Source of the DNA: Gammaproteobacteria bacterium
Lineage (GTDB): Bacteria > Pseudomonadota > Gammaproteobacteria > UBA6186 > Azoamicaceae
Direction: 5' to 3'
DNA length: 31,951 nucleotides
Assembly (NCBI GenBank): GCA_046090565.1
Contig: JBJSZW010000078.1
Span: 1 to 31,951 of the forward strand
Positions 17,970-27,285 of this stretch are shown in pieces. A model generated the notes under the pieces. That model did not search any database. It was given only the letters and a program-made list of their open reading frames with translations, and was not told the origin of the DNA. The translations under genes were made by a program, and so were the position numbers. The first letter of the stretch is position 1. Every line of letters starts with the position of its first letter.

Positions 17970-18030
17970 GTTAGAATAGGGGCTTGGATTCTAACAGTGT
18001 TCAGAAATTTGTCAGAAATTTGAAGGTGAG

Positions 18031-19227
18031 ATGACCGTGCAAGTACAATATTATGGGATTGATGCGATACAATTTTACACCTCGCATTACTACGTGGATT
18101 TAGAAATCCTGGCCCAGGCCCGTGGTTTCGCGCCCAAGCGTTACGAGCAAACCTTAGGCCAAAAAAAGATGGCAGTTTTGCCACCGGATGAAGACATTGT
18201 AACGATGGCGGCGGATGCAGGCCGCAGGCTTTTGGACAATCAAAATTCGGATGTGCTGGCCAATATTGATTGGCTGATGTTCGCAACAGAAAGCAGCATT
18301 GATCAATCCAAGGCGGCGGGTATTTTTGTGCATCAGTTATTAAATTTGCCCAAGACTTGCCGAGTGGTGGAACTAAAGCAGGCCTGTTATGCGGCAACGG
18401 CTGGTTTGCAGTTGGCTTTGAACCACATCCGTTTGAACCCTAGTAAAAAAGTTTTGTTAATTGCCTCAGACATTGCCAAGTACGGCATAGGCTCGAATGC
18501 GGAATCCTCCCAAGGCGGGGGCGCTGTGGCCATGCTTTTGAGTGCAAATCCTCGAATTTTAGCGATTGAGCCAGAATATGGCATCCACACAGAAGATGTG
18601 ATGGACTTTTGGCGTCCCAATTACAGGCAAGAAGCTTTGGTGGATGGGCGCCAATCTTGCGAGATGTATTTAAAGCTGGCCCCAAAAACCTGGCAGGAAT
18701 ATGCTCAAACTTCAGGCAGAAGTTATGAGGATCATGCCAAATTTTGCTACCATGTGTCTGTGCCCCGTTTGGTGGAAAGAGCTCATGAAGCGGTGCGCAA
18801 GGTGAATGGCCTGCCTCGTTTAACTGAAGAAGCCTTGCATGCAGAAATGCAGGCAGCCTTGTTTTATGGGCGAGAAATGGGCAATTGCTACACAGCAGCT
18901 CTGTATTTGAGCATTTGTTCTTTACTGGAAAATACCCCTGAAGATTTAAGCAATCAGCGCATTGGCCTATACAGCTATGGATCAGGGTGCGTGGCTGAAT
19001 TTTTCAGCGGCAAAATCATGCCTGGTTACCACGCCTATTTAAACACAAGCGCACATCAGGCCTTTTTAGCATCCAGAGAAGCTTTGAGTATTCCAGAATA
19101 CGAGGCTTTTTATAATTTCAAATACCCACAAGATGGATCGAGTGTGGAAGTACCTGCCGCCCAAAAAGGGAAGTATCGTTTGGCTGCGGTGGAAAATCAC
19201 AAACGCATTTATCAGGAGTTGTCTTAA
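18031..19227 (+). CDS. mvaS: Hydroxymethylglutaryl-CoA synthase
   Basis: FATESSIDQSKA (catalytic Glu), ELKQACYAAT (catalytic Cys), SQGGGAVAML, DFWRPNY, GNCYTAALY, SYGSG. Confidence 0.96.
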   Translation: MTVQVQYYGIDAIQFYTSHYYVDLEILAQARGFAPKRYEQTLGQKKMAVLPPDEDIVTMAADAGRRLLDNQNSDVLANIDWLMFATESSIDQSKAAGIFVHQLLNLPKTCRVVELKQACYAATAGLQLALNHIRLNPSKKVLLIASDIAKYGIGSNAESSQGGGAVAMLLSANPRILAIEPEYGIHTEDVMDFWRPNYRQEALVDGRQSCEMYLKLAPKTWQEYAQTSGRSYEDHAKFCYHVSVPRLVERAHEAVRKVNGLPRLTEEALHAEMQAALFYGREMGNCYTAALYLSICSLLENTPEDLSNQRIGLYSYGSGCVAEFFSGKIMPGYHAYLNTSAHQAFLASREALSIPEYEAFYNFKYPQDGSSVEVPAAQKGKYRLAAVENHKRIYQELS

Positions 19228-19230
19228 ATC

Positions 19231-20271
19231 ATGTCGTCTACTATTGAAACAATCAAGAAAAATATTCACAATAAAGCTGCAGTCACTATTCGTGCGCCTG
19301 GTAAGCTTATTTTGTCTGGGGAACATGCTGTGGTTTATGGCAACCCTGGTTTGGCCATGGCAATTAACTATCATCTAGTGACTCGGGTAACTGCCAATTC
19401 CTGGGGTAAATATTTTGTTAATATTACGGAAGTCGCCCAGAAATACCGCTTTGATTATTTTGATTTGTTGGCTGTTAAGAGTGATAAAACCCTAAGGCGG
19501 CCGATTAATTTGATTCAGTACGCGATTATTATAGCCTTGGATCATTTAAAAATTGGCTATGCCCATGCGGATACCTTAGGCTTGGAATTCAAAATTGATT
19601 CTAATTTGCCTATTGGCGCGGGCTTAGGTTCTTCTGCAGCCTTGATTATTAGCGTGATGAAAGGCTTGTTTAAATTTTTTAATGTCTCTGTTCATCCAGA
19701 ACAGCTTTTAGAATTAGCGAAACAGGCCGAAGACATGCAACATGGCAAATCTTCTGGCTTGGATTTGTTTATGTCTTTGATGGGTGGTGTTTACCATTAT
19801 CAGGGCCAAACCAGAACACCGCTTAGCTTTCCTAAAGATTGGAATTTGTGGATGATCAACACCGGGCGTTCGCGATCTACTACAGCAGAATGTGTTCAGG
19901 CAGTCGCTCCGCATATGAATCCAGAGCGTTTAAAAGCTTTTGAATGTGTGACTGAAAAAATGCATCAAGCGATTTTAAAAACCAATGCAGAATCTTTTTC
20001 AGAAGCTATTTTTGAAAATCAAGTATTATTAAACGAAATTGGTATTGTGCCTGAAAAAGTTCAAAATTTGATAGCAGAATTAAAAGCGGACGGCATTCCA
20101 GCCAAAATTTGTGGTGCCGGGCACGTAGGCGAGGGCGACAGAGCCGGCGCTGTGCTTGCTTTTAATTTGTCCCCCGATTGGATTTTAAAATTCACTGAAA
20201 GCAGTATGTACAGGCCCTATACTTTGCACAAAGTGGAAATCGAACCCCATGGGGCCATGGTTATTGTCTAA
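19231..20271 (+). CDS. mvk: Mevalonate kinase (GHMP family)
   Basis: APGKLILSGEHAVVYG, PIGAGLGSSAA, HGKSSGLD, KICGAG. Confidence 0.88.
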   Translation: MSSTIETIKKNIHNKAAVTIRAPGKLILSGEHAVVYGNPGLAMAINYHLVTRVTANSWGKYFVNITEVAQKYRFDYFDLLAVKSDKTLRRPINLIQYAIIIALDHLKIGYAHADTLGLEFKIDSNLPIGAGLGSSAALIISVMKGLFKFFNVSVHPEQLLELAKQAEDMQHGKSSGLDLFMSLMGGVYHYQGQTRTPLSFPKDWNLWMINTGRSRSTTAECVQAVAPHMNPERLKAFECVTEKMHQAILKTNAESFSEAIFENQVLLNEIGIVPEKVQNLIAELKADGIPAKICGAGHVGEGDRAGAVLAFNLSPDWILKFTESSMYRPYTLHKVEIEPHGAMVIV

Positions 20272-21328
20272 GCCTTTATCTCAGCCTAAAATTCAGGCCT
20301 TTGCCCCAGGTAGCTTTATGTTTTTTGGTGAACATGCGGTACTGCATGGGGAATCTGCTGTTGCGATGCCCATTGCCCAGGGCATCCAATTAGAACTAGA
20401 AATTTTAGAAAATAATGGCCTGGAATTATTCACAGCCTCTTTGGGGGCTTTGAATCTTAGTTGGGATCAAATCGCGGCCCAAAGTCAGGATTTTAATTTC
20501 CAAAGCGAATGGCGTTTTGTTGTAGCGGCCATCACCGAATGCTATGTTTTATGGCAAGAGCAAGAAAAAAATAGAAAACAGCGGCTTGGAATAAATTTTG
20601 GTCTGCGTTTAAAGCTAAAATCTGAAATTCCAAGCACCTGGGGCTTGGGTTCTTCTGCTGCCGTAGTGGCTGTGGTATTGAAAGCTTTAAATCAAATAAA
20701 TAATTCAGCACAAGAAAATTTAGAAACACTTTGGAACATGGGTTTAAAAGCCATACGAAAAGTTCAGGGTTTAGGGTCTGGGGCGGATTTAGCAGTAAGC
20801 TTGTATGGGCGAGGAATTTTGCTTTGCAAAAACAAGGTAAGAATTTTAGAGGGCGATCTGGATTTATTGAAACAGGCGCGCTGGTACTTGGTTTATTCTG
20901 GTTTTAAAACACCAACGGTTCAGGTTGTAAAACAAGTTGAACAAGAAGCCAAAAATTTTCCTGGAATGGATTTAATTCACAAAGAAATTTATAAAACCAT
21001 GGGCTTGGTAACAGAACAGGCTGTTTTTGAAATCGAGAATTTTAAATCTAGCCCAAAATCAGGGGGAAATAGAGAAAATACGGAGGCTGTTTCTAGATTA
21101 AGCAGGTTAGTAGACATGCAGCATAGCCTACTTTGTGCTCTAGGCGTGGGGCACGTAAAATTAGAGGCTATGATCCAAGATTTAAAAACCAATGCTAAGG
21201 CCAAAATAAAAATTCTGGCCGCAAAAATTTCAGGCTCAGGTTTAGGGGATTGCTTGCTGCTATGGGGTGGTGATGAGACCTATTTGCGAGAGCATTATTC
21301 GGAGCGCTTATGGCCCTTGAAATTTTAA
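20249..21328 (+). CDS. GHMP kinase, probable phosphomevalonate kinase
   Basis: GEHAVLHG, WGLGSSAA, GSGADLAVSLYG, KISGSGLGDC (PMK-like GDC ending); lies between mvk and mvaD. Confidence 0.72.
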   Translation: MGPWLLSKPLSQPKIQAFAPGSFMFFGEHAVLHGESAVAMPIAQGIQLELEILENNGLELFTASLGALNLSWDQIAAQSQDFNFQSEWRFVVAAITECYVLWQEQEKNRKQRLGINFGLRLKLKSEIPSTWGLGSSAAVVAVVLKALNQINNSAQENLETLWNMGLKAIRKVQGLGSGADLAVSLYGRGILLCKNKVRILEGDLDLLKQARWYLVYSGFKTPTVQVVKQVEQEAKNFPGMDLIHKEIYKTMGLVTEQAVFEIENFKSSPKSGGNRENTEAVSRLSRLVDMQHSLLCALGVGHVKLEAMIQDLKTNAKAKIKILAAKISGSGLGDCLLLWGGDETYLREHYSERLWPLKF

Positions 21329-22314
21329 AAAAAATCATAAAAAAAGCTTATGAGCCGGTCCTAGCTGAAGCAGAGGCTTTTGCGCCTGTGAATATTGCTT
21401 TGAGCAAATACTGGGGAAAAAGGCAAGCGACTTTGAATTTGCCTTACAATTCCAGTGTTTCCATGAGTTTGGATTTAGGCGCAAAAACTAAAGTTTCAGC
21501 AACTTCAGCAACTTCAGCAGATTTAATTATTATTAATAACAAAGTTTTGGAAAAACATCAAAAAATAAGCCAATTTTTGGATTTGTTTCGGCCCCATGCT
21601 GATTTTTATTTTAAAATTGAATCTCAAAGTGAAGTGCCAGTGGCTGCGGGCTTTGCTTCTTCGGCTTCGGGCTATGCGGCCTTGGTATTGGCTTTGAATC
21701 GATTTTTTGGCTGGCATTTAGAAGGCCCCGCTTTGTCTGTGCTAGCGCGCTTGGGCAGTGGCAGTGCCTGTCGTTCTATTTATTCGGGCTTTGTACTCTG
21801 GGAACGTGGGCGGGATGATGAATTAGGCCTAGACAGTTTTGCCAAGCCCCTGAACATCGATTGGCCTGAATTAAAATTGGGCTTGTGCATCAGTACGGCA
21901 TCTGAAAAGTATTTGGACTCCAGAACGGCTATGCAACACTGTGCGGCTACCTCGCCTTTGTTTCCGGGCTGGGTGCAAGCTTGCGAAACAGATTGCAGCA
22001 ACACTGTTCAGGCCTTGCTAAATAAAGATTTTGAACAATTAGGCAGGCTGGTTGAAGCCAATGCCCTCATGATGCATGCGGTGATGCAAGCTTCAAGACC
22101 AGCTATTATTTATTCAGATGCAAATACTTTAAACTTGATTCATCGGGTTAGAAAACTCAGGGAAGAGGGACTACAGATTTATTTTACCCAAGATGCGGGT
22201 CCCAATTTGAAACTCCTATTTTTAGAACAAGATACTCAGGCTGTAACAAAAGCCTTTAATGATTGGAAATTAATTGTATGCAAGAACCAGAGTCACAAGA
22301 ATCCGTTGTTTTAG
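21310..22314 (+). CDS. mvaD: Diphosphomevalonate decarboxylase
   Basis: NIALSKYWGK, GFASSASGYAA, GSGSACRSI, YFTQDAGPNLK. Confidence 0.95.
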   Translation: MALEILKKIIKKAYEPVLAEAEAFAPVNIALSKYWGKRQATLNLPYNSSVSMSLDLGAKTKVSATSATSADLIIINNKVLEKHQKISQFLDLFRPHADFYFKIESQSEVPVAAGFASSASGYAALVLALNRFFGWHLEGPALSVLARLGSGSACRSIYSGFVLWERGRDDELGLDSFAKPLNIDWPELKLGLCISTASEKYLDSRTAMQHCAATSPLFPGWVQACETDCSNTVQALLNKDFEQLGRLVEANALMMHAVMQASRPAIIYSDANTLNLIHRVRKLREEGLQIYFTQDAGPNLKLLFLEQDTQAVTKAFNDWKLIVCKNQSHKNPLF

Positions 22315-22877
22315 TGGATGAAAAAGATCAGGCACTAGGCTTGGCAGAAAAGCTCTATGCCCATGAACAGGCGCTCTTGCACCGGGCATTTTCTGTTTTT
22401 TTATTTCGAACCAATCCCAAAACAGGTGATTTAGAATTATTGCTTCAAAAGCGCAGTGCCCAAAAATACCATTGTGGGGGGTTGTGGACGAATACTTGCT
22501 GCAGCCATCCCAGGCAGGGAGAGGGCATTCATGAAGCGGCGATTAGGCGCGTACAAGAAGAACTGAATTTAAGATTAGAGGCAAAAAATTTGGAAGCCAT
22601 GGGTTTTTTTGTGTACCAGGCAGAATTGGCTAATCATTTGTTTGAGCATGAATTGGATCATGTTTTGGTTGGAAAGTTAGAATCTGAACAAGTTTTATCA
22701 GCCCCCAATCCCTTGGAAATTGAAAGTCTAAAATGGATGCACTGGGAAGATTTAAAAATGGATTTAATCAAAGCACCCAATAGGTACACCCCTTGGTTGG
22801 GTTTGGCCATGGAACATTTGGAAAAAGTTTGGCAAAAAATGCCTCAAAAAAAAGGAGAGTTAATACAATGTGGATGA
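22278..22877 (+). CDS. idi: Isopentenyl-diphosphate delta-isomerase, type 1 (Nudix fold)
   Basis: LHRAFSVFLF, WTNTCCSHP, EHELDHV, YTPW. Start placed at ATG 22278 (the track uses TTG 22263). Confidence 0.93.
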   Translation: MQEPESQESVVLVDEKDQALGLAEKLYAHEQALLHRAFSVFLFRTNPKTGDLELLLQKRSAQKYHCGGLWTNTCCSHPRQGEGIHEAAIRRVQEELNLRLEAKNLEAMGFFVYQAELANHLFEHELDHVLVGKLESEQVLSAPNPLEIESLKWMHWEDLKMDLIKAPNRYTPWLGLAMEHLEKVWQKMPQKKGELIQCG

Positions 22878-24370
22878 ATTTATTGGGGTTTATACTGGCT
22901 ATTTTAATTTTAGTTGGTGTGCATGAATGGGGGCATTTTTATGTGGCTCGTTTGTGTGGTGTGCGGGTTTTAAGATTTTCCATTGGTATTGGTAGGGTGC
23001 TGTGGTCTTTTAAAGATAAAAAGGGAACTGAATTTGCCTTAAGTTTATTCCCGATTGGCGGCTATGTTTCGATGCTGGGTGAAAAAAATGCAGATTTAAG
23101 CCAAAGCCCTATTTCAAAGGCAGATGAAGCCCATAGTTTTCGTCACAAGCCCCTTTGGCAAAGAATAGCGATTATTGCAGCGGGGCCTTTGATTAATTTT
23201 GTATTTGCTATTTTGATTTACGCGGCTATTTTTATGGGCGGTACTGAAAAAATTGCGCCTGTATTGGGCCCTGTGCCAGAGCAAACAGTGGCTTATGCAG
23301 CCGGTTTTCGTGGGGGCGAAGAAATATTAAAGCTCAATAGTGCAGCTATTAATTCTTGGGAAGAGCTTTTGGTGAAGCTTTATGGCTTTGATTTTGAGAA
23401 TGAAAAGGCGGAATTAATTTTTGAGGTAAGATCTCAAGCAAACGCAAAAGAAAAAATAAAACAAGAAATAAAAGCCTTGCACATGCCGGCTTTGGCCTTA
23501 AAAAATATTTTGCAAAATTTATCAACAGGGGAAGATCCCTTAAGCCAGTTAGGATTAATACCCTGGGAGCCTGTGGATTTAAGCATTGATGGATTCATCC
23601 CAGAATTGGCGGCGGCCCAAAGTGGCTTGAAAGTGGGAGATCATGTTTTAGCGATTAATGGCCAAGCTGTAAAAAGCAGAATGGATTTGATTCAAAAAGT
23701 GAAGGCCCATGCAGGCCAAGTGATTGATTTGAAAATAAGCCGAGGTTTGGAAGCAAAATCACCAGGATATTCAGAATCACTAGAATCACTAGAATTAAAA
23801 GCATTTAAAATCCAGGTTTCAGAAAAAGGCTTGCTGGGCATTAAATTTAAGAAATTGGAAATTCCTGAAGGCTATATTCGCATCCAGCATTATACGCCCT
23901 GGGAAGCCCTAAAAGCGGGTTATTTAAAAACGGCAGAATATGCAAGGTTGACTTTAAAAATGCTGGCAGATATGTTGCAAGGTTTGGTTTCATCCAAGCA
24001 ATTGGGCGGGCCCATCAGCATTGCTCAGCAAGCGGGAACGTCTATTGAATACGGCTGGGTTTATTTTGCAAATTTCCTGGCTTTGTTAAGTGTGAGCCTG
24101 GGGGTTTTGAATCTATTGCCCATTCCTGTTTTGGATGGCGGCGAAATTTGTATGAATTGCATACAAAGCGCCTTAAAAAGCTTTGAACAAAAATTTTCTC
24201 CAGGGACATCTGCCCAGCTATCTTCTGGAATCTTTGCGAAGATACAGGGGGCTTTTTCTGCTTTTGGTGTTTCGGTTATTATTTTAGTAAGCTTACTGGC
24301 ATTGTACAATGACTTCAGTCGTTTAAACTTTGCAAGCTTTAGTGGTAAGATAAGTGCAATCAAAAATTGA
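22868..24370 (+). CDS. rseP: RIP metalloprotease RseP
   Basis: HEWGH zinc motif, PIGGYV, AGPLINF, PDZ segments, NLLPIPVLDGG. Start moved to ATG 22868, after an AGGAG RBS. Confidence 0.95.
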   Translation: MWMNLLGFILAILILVGVHEWGHFYVARLCGVRVLRFSIGIGRVLWSFKDKKGTEFALSLFPIGGYVSMLGEKNADLSQSPISKADEAHSFRHKPLWQRIAIIAAGPLINFVFAILIYAAIFMGGTEKIAPVLGPVPEQTVAYAAGFRGGEEILKLNSAAINSWEELLVKLYGFDFENEKAELIFEVRSQANAKEKIKQEIKALHMPALALKNILQNLSTGEDPLSQLGLIPWEPVDLSIDGFIPELAAAQSGLKVGDHVLAINGQAVKSRMDLIQKVKAHAGQVIDLKISRGLEAKSPGYSESLESLELKAFKIQVSEKGLLGIKFKKLEIPEGYIRIQHYTPWEALKAGYLKTAEYARLTLKMLADMLQGLVSSKQLGGPISIAQQAGTSIEYGWVYFANFLALLSVSLGVLNLLPIPVLDGGEICMNCIQSALKSFEQKFSPGTSAQLSSGIFAKIQGAFSAFGVSVIILVSLLALYNDFSRLNFASFSGKISAIKN

Positions 24371-24371
24371 T

Positions 24372-26726
24372 ATGAGGATTTATAAGTTGCTTAACAAGAT
24401 AACTTTGGGCCTGCGTCAAGGCTTTGTATTGATCGCCTTGGGTATTCCGGCCATTGCTGTAGAGGCCGATGTCTTGGTTAAAAACATTCAGGTTCAGGGC
24501 CTGGTGAATTTAAAACCACAAACGGTGCTGTATGATTTGCCTGTTAAGGCTGGGCAGGTTTTAAAATCGGGGCAGGAAACGGAAATCATTAAAAAGCTCT
24601 ATGCCACTGGCTTGTACAGCAATGTGGAAGTCAGTAGCCAAGGGGCGGGTTTGTTGCTGATCAAATTAGAAGAAAAGCCCTTGGTTCGAGAATTTACTTT
24701 GAATGGCGTGAAGGACAAAGACAAGCTCTACAAAACCCTGCGTCAAGAAGCGGGTTTAGCCGGTGGGCACCCCTATGATCCAGCCTCGATAGTAAAGGCT
24801 AGGCAAATCCTAAGTGCTTATTACATAGCCAAAGGGCATTATGGGGTGAAAGTTGATCCTGTGGTCCAAAATATCAATAGCAAGCAGGTAGACATCAGCC
24901 TAGATGTCTACGAGGGCACAGAAGCTAGAATCAAGAAAATCAATATCACAGGTAATAACGCTTTTAGTGAAAGTGAATTATTGGGGGCACTGACTTTAAC
25001 AGCACCTTCAGGCATTGGCACTTGGTTTAATAACAACGACAAATACAAAAAAGAAAAATTAGAAATCGATCTCGAAAATATCAGATCCTATTACATGGAC
25101 AGAGGCTATGTGAATGCCCAAGTGCTGAACTCCCAAGTTTCGATCACCCCGGATAAAAAAGATATTTACATTACCTTGCATGTAGAAGAGGGTGATCAAT
25201 ACGATTTTGGCCAAGTAGAAATCAGTGGGGAATTGCCTGTTTCTAGAACGAAACTAGACGAAAAATTAGCCAGCCTAGAGGCCGGGACGGTATTTTCACG
25301 TAAAAAATTATTGGATGTGAAGCAGGCCTTAGAAGATGTTTTAGGGCATGCAGGCTTTAGCATGAGCGAAGTTCGGCCAATTCCGAATATCGATCCGATC
25401 AAAAAAATAGTGCATGTGAATTACCAAGTCAGTCCCGCTAAGCGCGTTTATGTGCGTCGGATTGAAATTCAAGGCAATGACATTACCCAGGATCAAGTGA
25501 TTCGTCGTGAATTGCCGCAAATGGAAGGCACCTGGATTTCAACAAGCTTGCTGGAAGAAGGCAAACGCAACTTAATGCGCAGGGGTTTCACCAAAGAAGT
25601 AGAAATCGAAACCGTACCGGTTGAAGGCCAAGAGAATTTGGTGGATGTGATTTACAAAGTCCAGGAAGAAAAAGTTCGTGAAGTATCGGCTGGCGTCTCT
25701 TATTCAACGGCTGAAAAAGTGGCTTTTCGTTTTGGTTTGGCCCAAAGAAACTTCTTGGGCACAGGCAAGGATGTCGATTTTGTTTTTGAAAACAGTAAAG
25801 CATCCACAACGTATAGTTTAAATTACAATGATCCCTATTTTACGAAAGATGGCATTGGCTTTGGTAGCTCGGTTTATTTCAAAAAATTAGATTTAAGCAA
25901 TGCCGTAAGTTTTTCAGATTATGCAACAGATACCTATGGGGCCAGTGGTTATTTTGTGTTTCCCTTTAGTAAAGAAACCTATGGATCTTTTGGCTTAGGG
26001 TACGACAACACCCATTTAAAACCCAGCGGGATCAGTGCTTTGGAGTACAGTGAGTTTATTAATAAACACGGCACCCGTTACAATGACTATTATTTAACCA
26101 CAGGATTAGGTTTTGATAACTTAGATCAGTTGATTTTCCCCACCCAGGGCATGTCTCATGGTTTGAATTTAAGATGGTCCACCCCAGCTTCGACTTTGAA
26201 ATACTATGTTTTAAAGTACGAGGGGGATATGTACCAGCCTTTGTGGGCCAGTAATTTTATCTTTAATTTGAAGGCATCCGCTGGATATGGTAATGCTTAT
26301 GGTTCAACCGAGCGCCTGCCTTTCTTTAAGAATTTTTACGCCGGAGGGATTGGTAGCGTGCGCGGCTATGATGAGAACAGCCTAGGGCCTAAAGATTCCC
26401 GCGGTTATCCCTTTGGGGGCAACTTGGTGGGGCATGCGACGGCGGCATTAATTTTTCCTAACCCCATCAAACCTGATATCAAATCTGTTCGGACTTCTGT
26501 GTTTTTAGATGTGGGGCAAGTGTATGATACGGAGTACAAGTACCGCCTAGTCAATGGTGAAAAAATCAGGCGTAATCCCACCAGTCTTCGCTACTCTGCA
26601 GGTTTGGCTTTGCAATGGCATACTCCCATTGGTTTCCCACTTGTGTTAAGCTTAGCGAAGCCTTTAAACTTGAAACCGGGCGATAAAAAGAGAAGCTTCT
26701 CTTTTACGTTTGGTGCGGTGATGTAA
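24372..26726 (+). CDS. bamA: Outer membrane protein assembly factor BamA
   Basis: POTRA repeats (YMDRGYVNAQV; VYVRRIEIQGNDITQDQVIRRE), NFLGTG, VRGYDENSLGP, WHTPIG. ATG 24372 follows the rseP stop (the track uses GTG 24354). Confidence 0.96.
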   Translation: MRIYKLLNKITLGLRQGFVLIALGIPAIAVEADVLVKNIQVQGLVNLKPQTVLYDLPVKAGQVLKSGQETEIIKKLYATGLYSNVEVSSQGAGLLLIKLEEKPLVREFTLNGVKDKDKLYKTLRQEAGLAGGHPYDPASIVKARQILSAYYIAKGHYGVKVDPVVQNINSKQVDISLDVYEGTEARIKKINITGNNAFSESELLGALTLTAPSGIGTWFNNNDKYKKEKLEIDLENIRSYYMDRGYVNAQVLNSQVSITPDKKDIYITLHVEEGDQYDFGQVEISGELPVSRTKLDEKLASLEAGTVFSRKKLLDVKQALEDVLGHAGFSMSEVRPIPNIDPIKKIVHVNYQVSPAKRVYVRRIEIQGNDITQDQVIRRELPQMEGTWISTSLLEEGKRNLMRRGFTKEVEIETVPVEGQENLVDVIYKVQEEKVREVSAGVSYSTAEKVAFRFGLAQRNFLGTGKDVDFVFENSKASTTYSLNYNDPYFTKDGIGFGSSVYFKKLDLSNAVSFSDYATDTYGASGYFVFPFSKETYGSFGLGYDNTHLKPSGISALEYSEFINKHGTRYNDYYLTTGLGFDNLDQLIFPTQGMSHGLNLRWSTPASTLKYYVLKYEGDMYQPLWASNFIFNLKASAGYGNAYGSTERLPFFKNFYAGGIGSVRGYDENSLGPKDSRGYPFGGNLVGHATAALIFPNPIKPDIKSVRTSVFLDVGQVYDTEYKYRLVNGEKIRRNPTSLRYSAGLALQWHTPIGFPLVLSLAKPLNLKPGDKKRSFSFTFGAVM

Positions 26727-26754
26727 GTTTTGAATTGAATAAAATTTAAACGGA

Positions 26755-27282
26755 GTGAATGTAGCTATGCGTATTTCGAATGTGTGTAAAACTTTGGCCT
26801 TGCTGGCAGGTCTGTTCGCTGCTTCTGCAGAAGCGGGTAAAATTGCGGTATTGGACATGCAAGAATTATTCAGCAAGTCCCCACAAGCCATCGCAGCAAA
26901 AAAGCGTTTGGACAATAAATTTCAACCTAAAAAAGACAGTTTTGAAAAGAAACAGCTTGAATTCAAACAAAAAGGTGAGAAATACACCCGAGACAAAGAT
27001 GTGCTTTCTGCTCAAGAAAAAAAGAAACAGGAAACACAATTGCAGGCTTTAAGAGCAGAACTTGAAAGCACCGGCCAAAATTTGGATGCTGAATACAATG
27101 AGTCTCAATCCCAAGAAATGGAAGCTTTTGTTGCTACTGTAAAAGATGTTGCAGCTAAAATTGCGAAAGCTGAAGATTTGGATATCGTGATTCCTGCGCA
27201 TTTTCCTTTGTACACCAAAGAGGGTGTGGACATTACAGACAAAGTGATCAAAGAACTTAGCAAATTAGGCGATAAAAGCTAA
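26755..27282 (+). CDS. skp: Periplasmic chaperone Skp/OmpH
   Basis: Signal peptide, KIAVLDMQELF, coiled coil, DITDKVIKEL; lies between bamA and lpxD. Confidence 0.9.
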   Translation: MNVAMRISNVCKTLALLAGLFAASAEAGKIAVLDMQELFSKSPQAIAAKKRLDNKFQPKKDSFEKKQLEFKQKGEKYTRDKDVLSAQEKKKQETQLQALRAELESTGQNLDAEYNESQSQEMEAFVATVKDVAAKIAKAEDLDIVIPAHFPLYTKEGVDITDKVIKELSKLGDKS

Positions 27283-27285
27283 TTC

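Noticed and set aside
22263-22314. Programmed frameshift fusing MvaD and Idi
   Set aside because: The shared open window is only about 50 nt, is bounded upstream by TAA TGA in the idi frame, and has no slippery heptamer. A simple gene overlap is sufficient.
26700-26726. BamA ends in GAVM rather than an aromatic residue
   Set aside because: The last strand FSFTFG is intact and terminal residues vary among BamA proteins, so this is not evidence of a defect.
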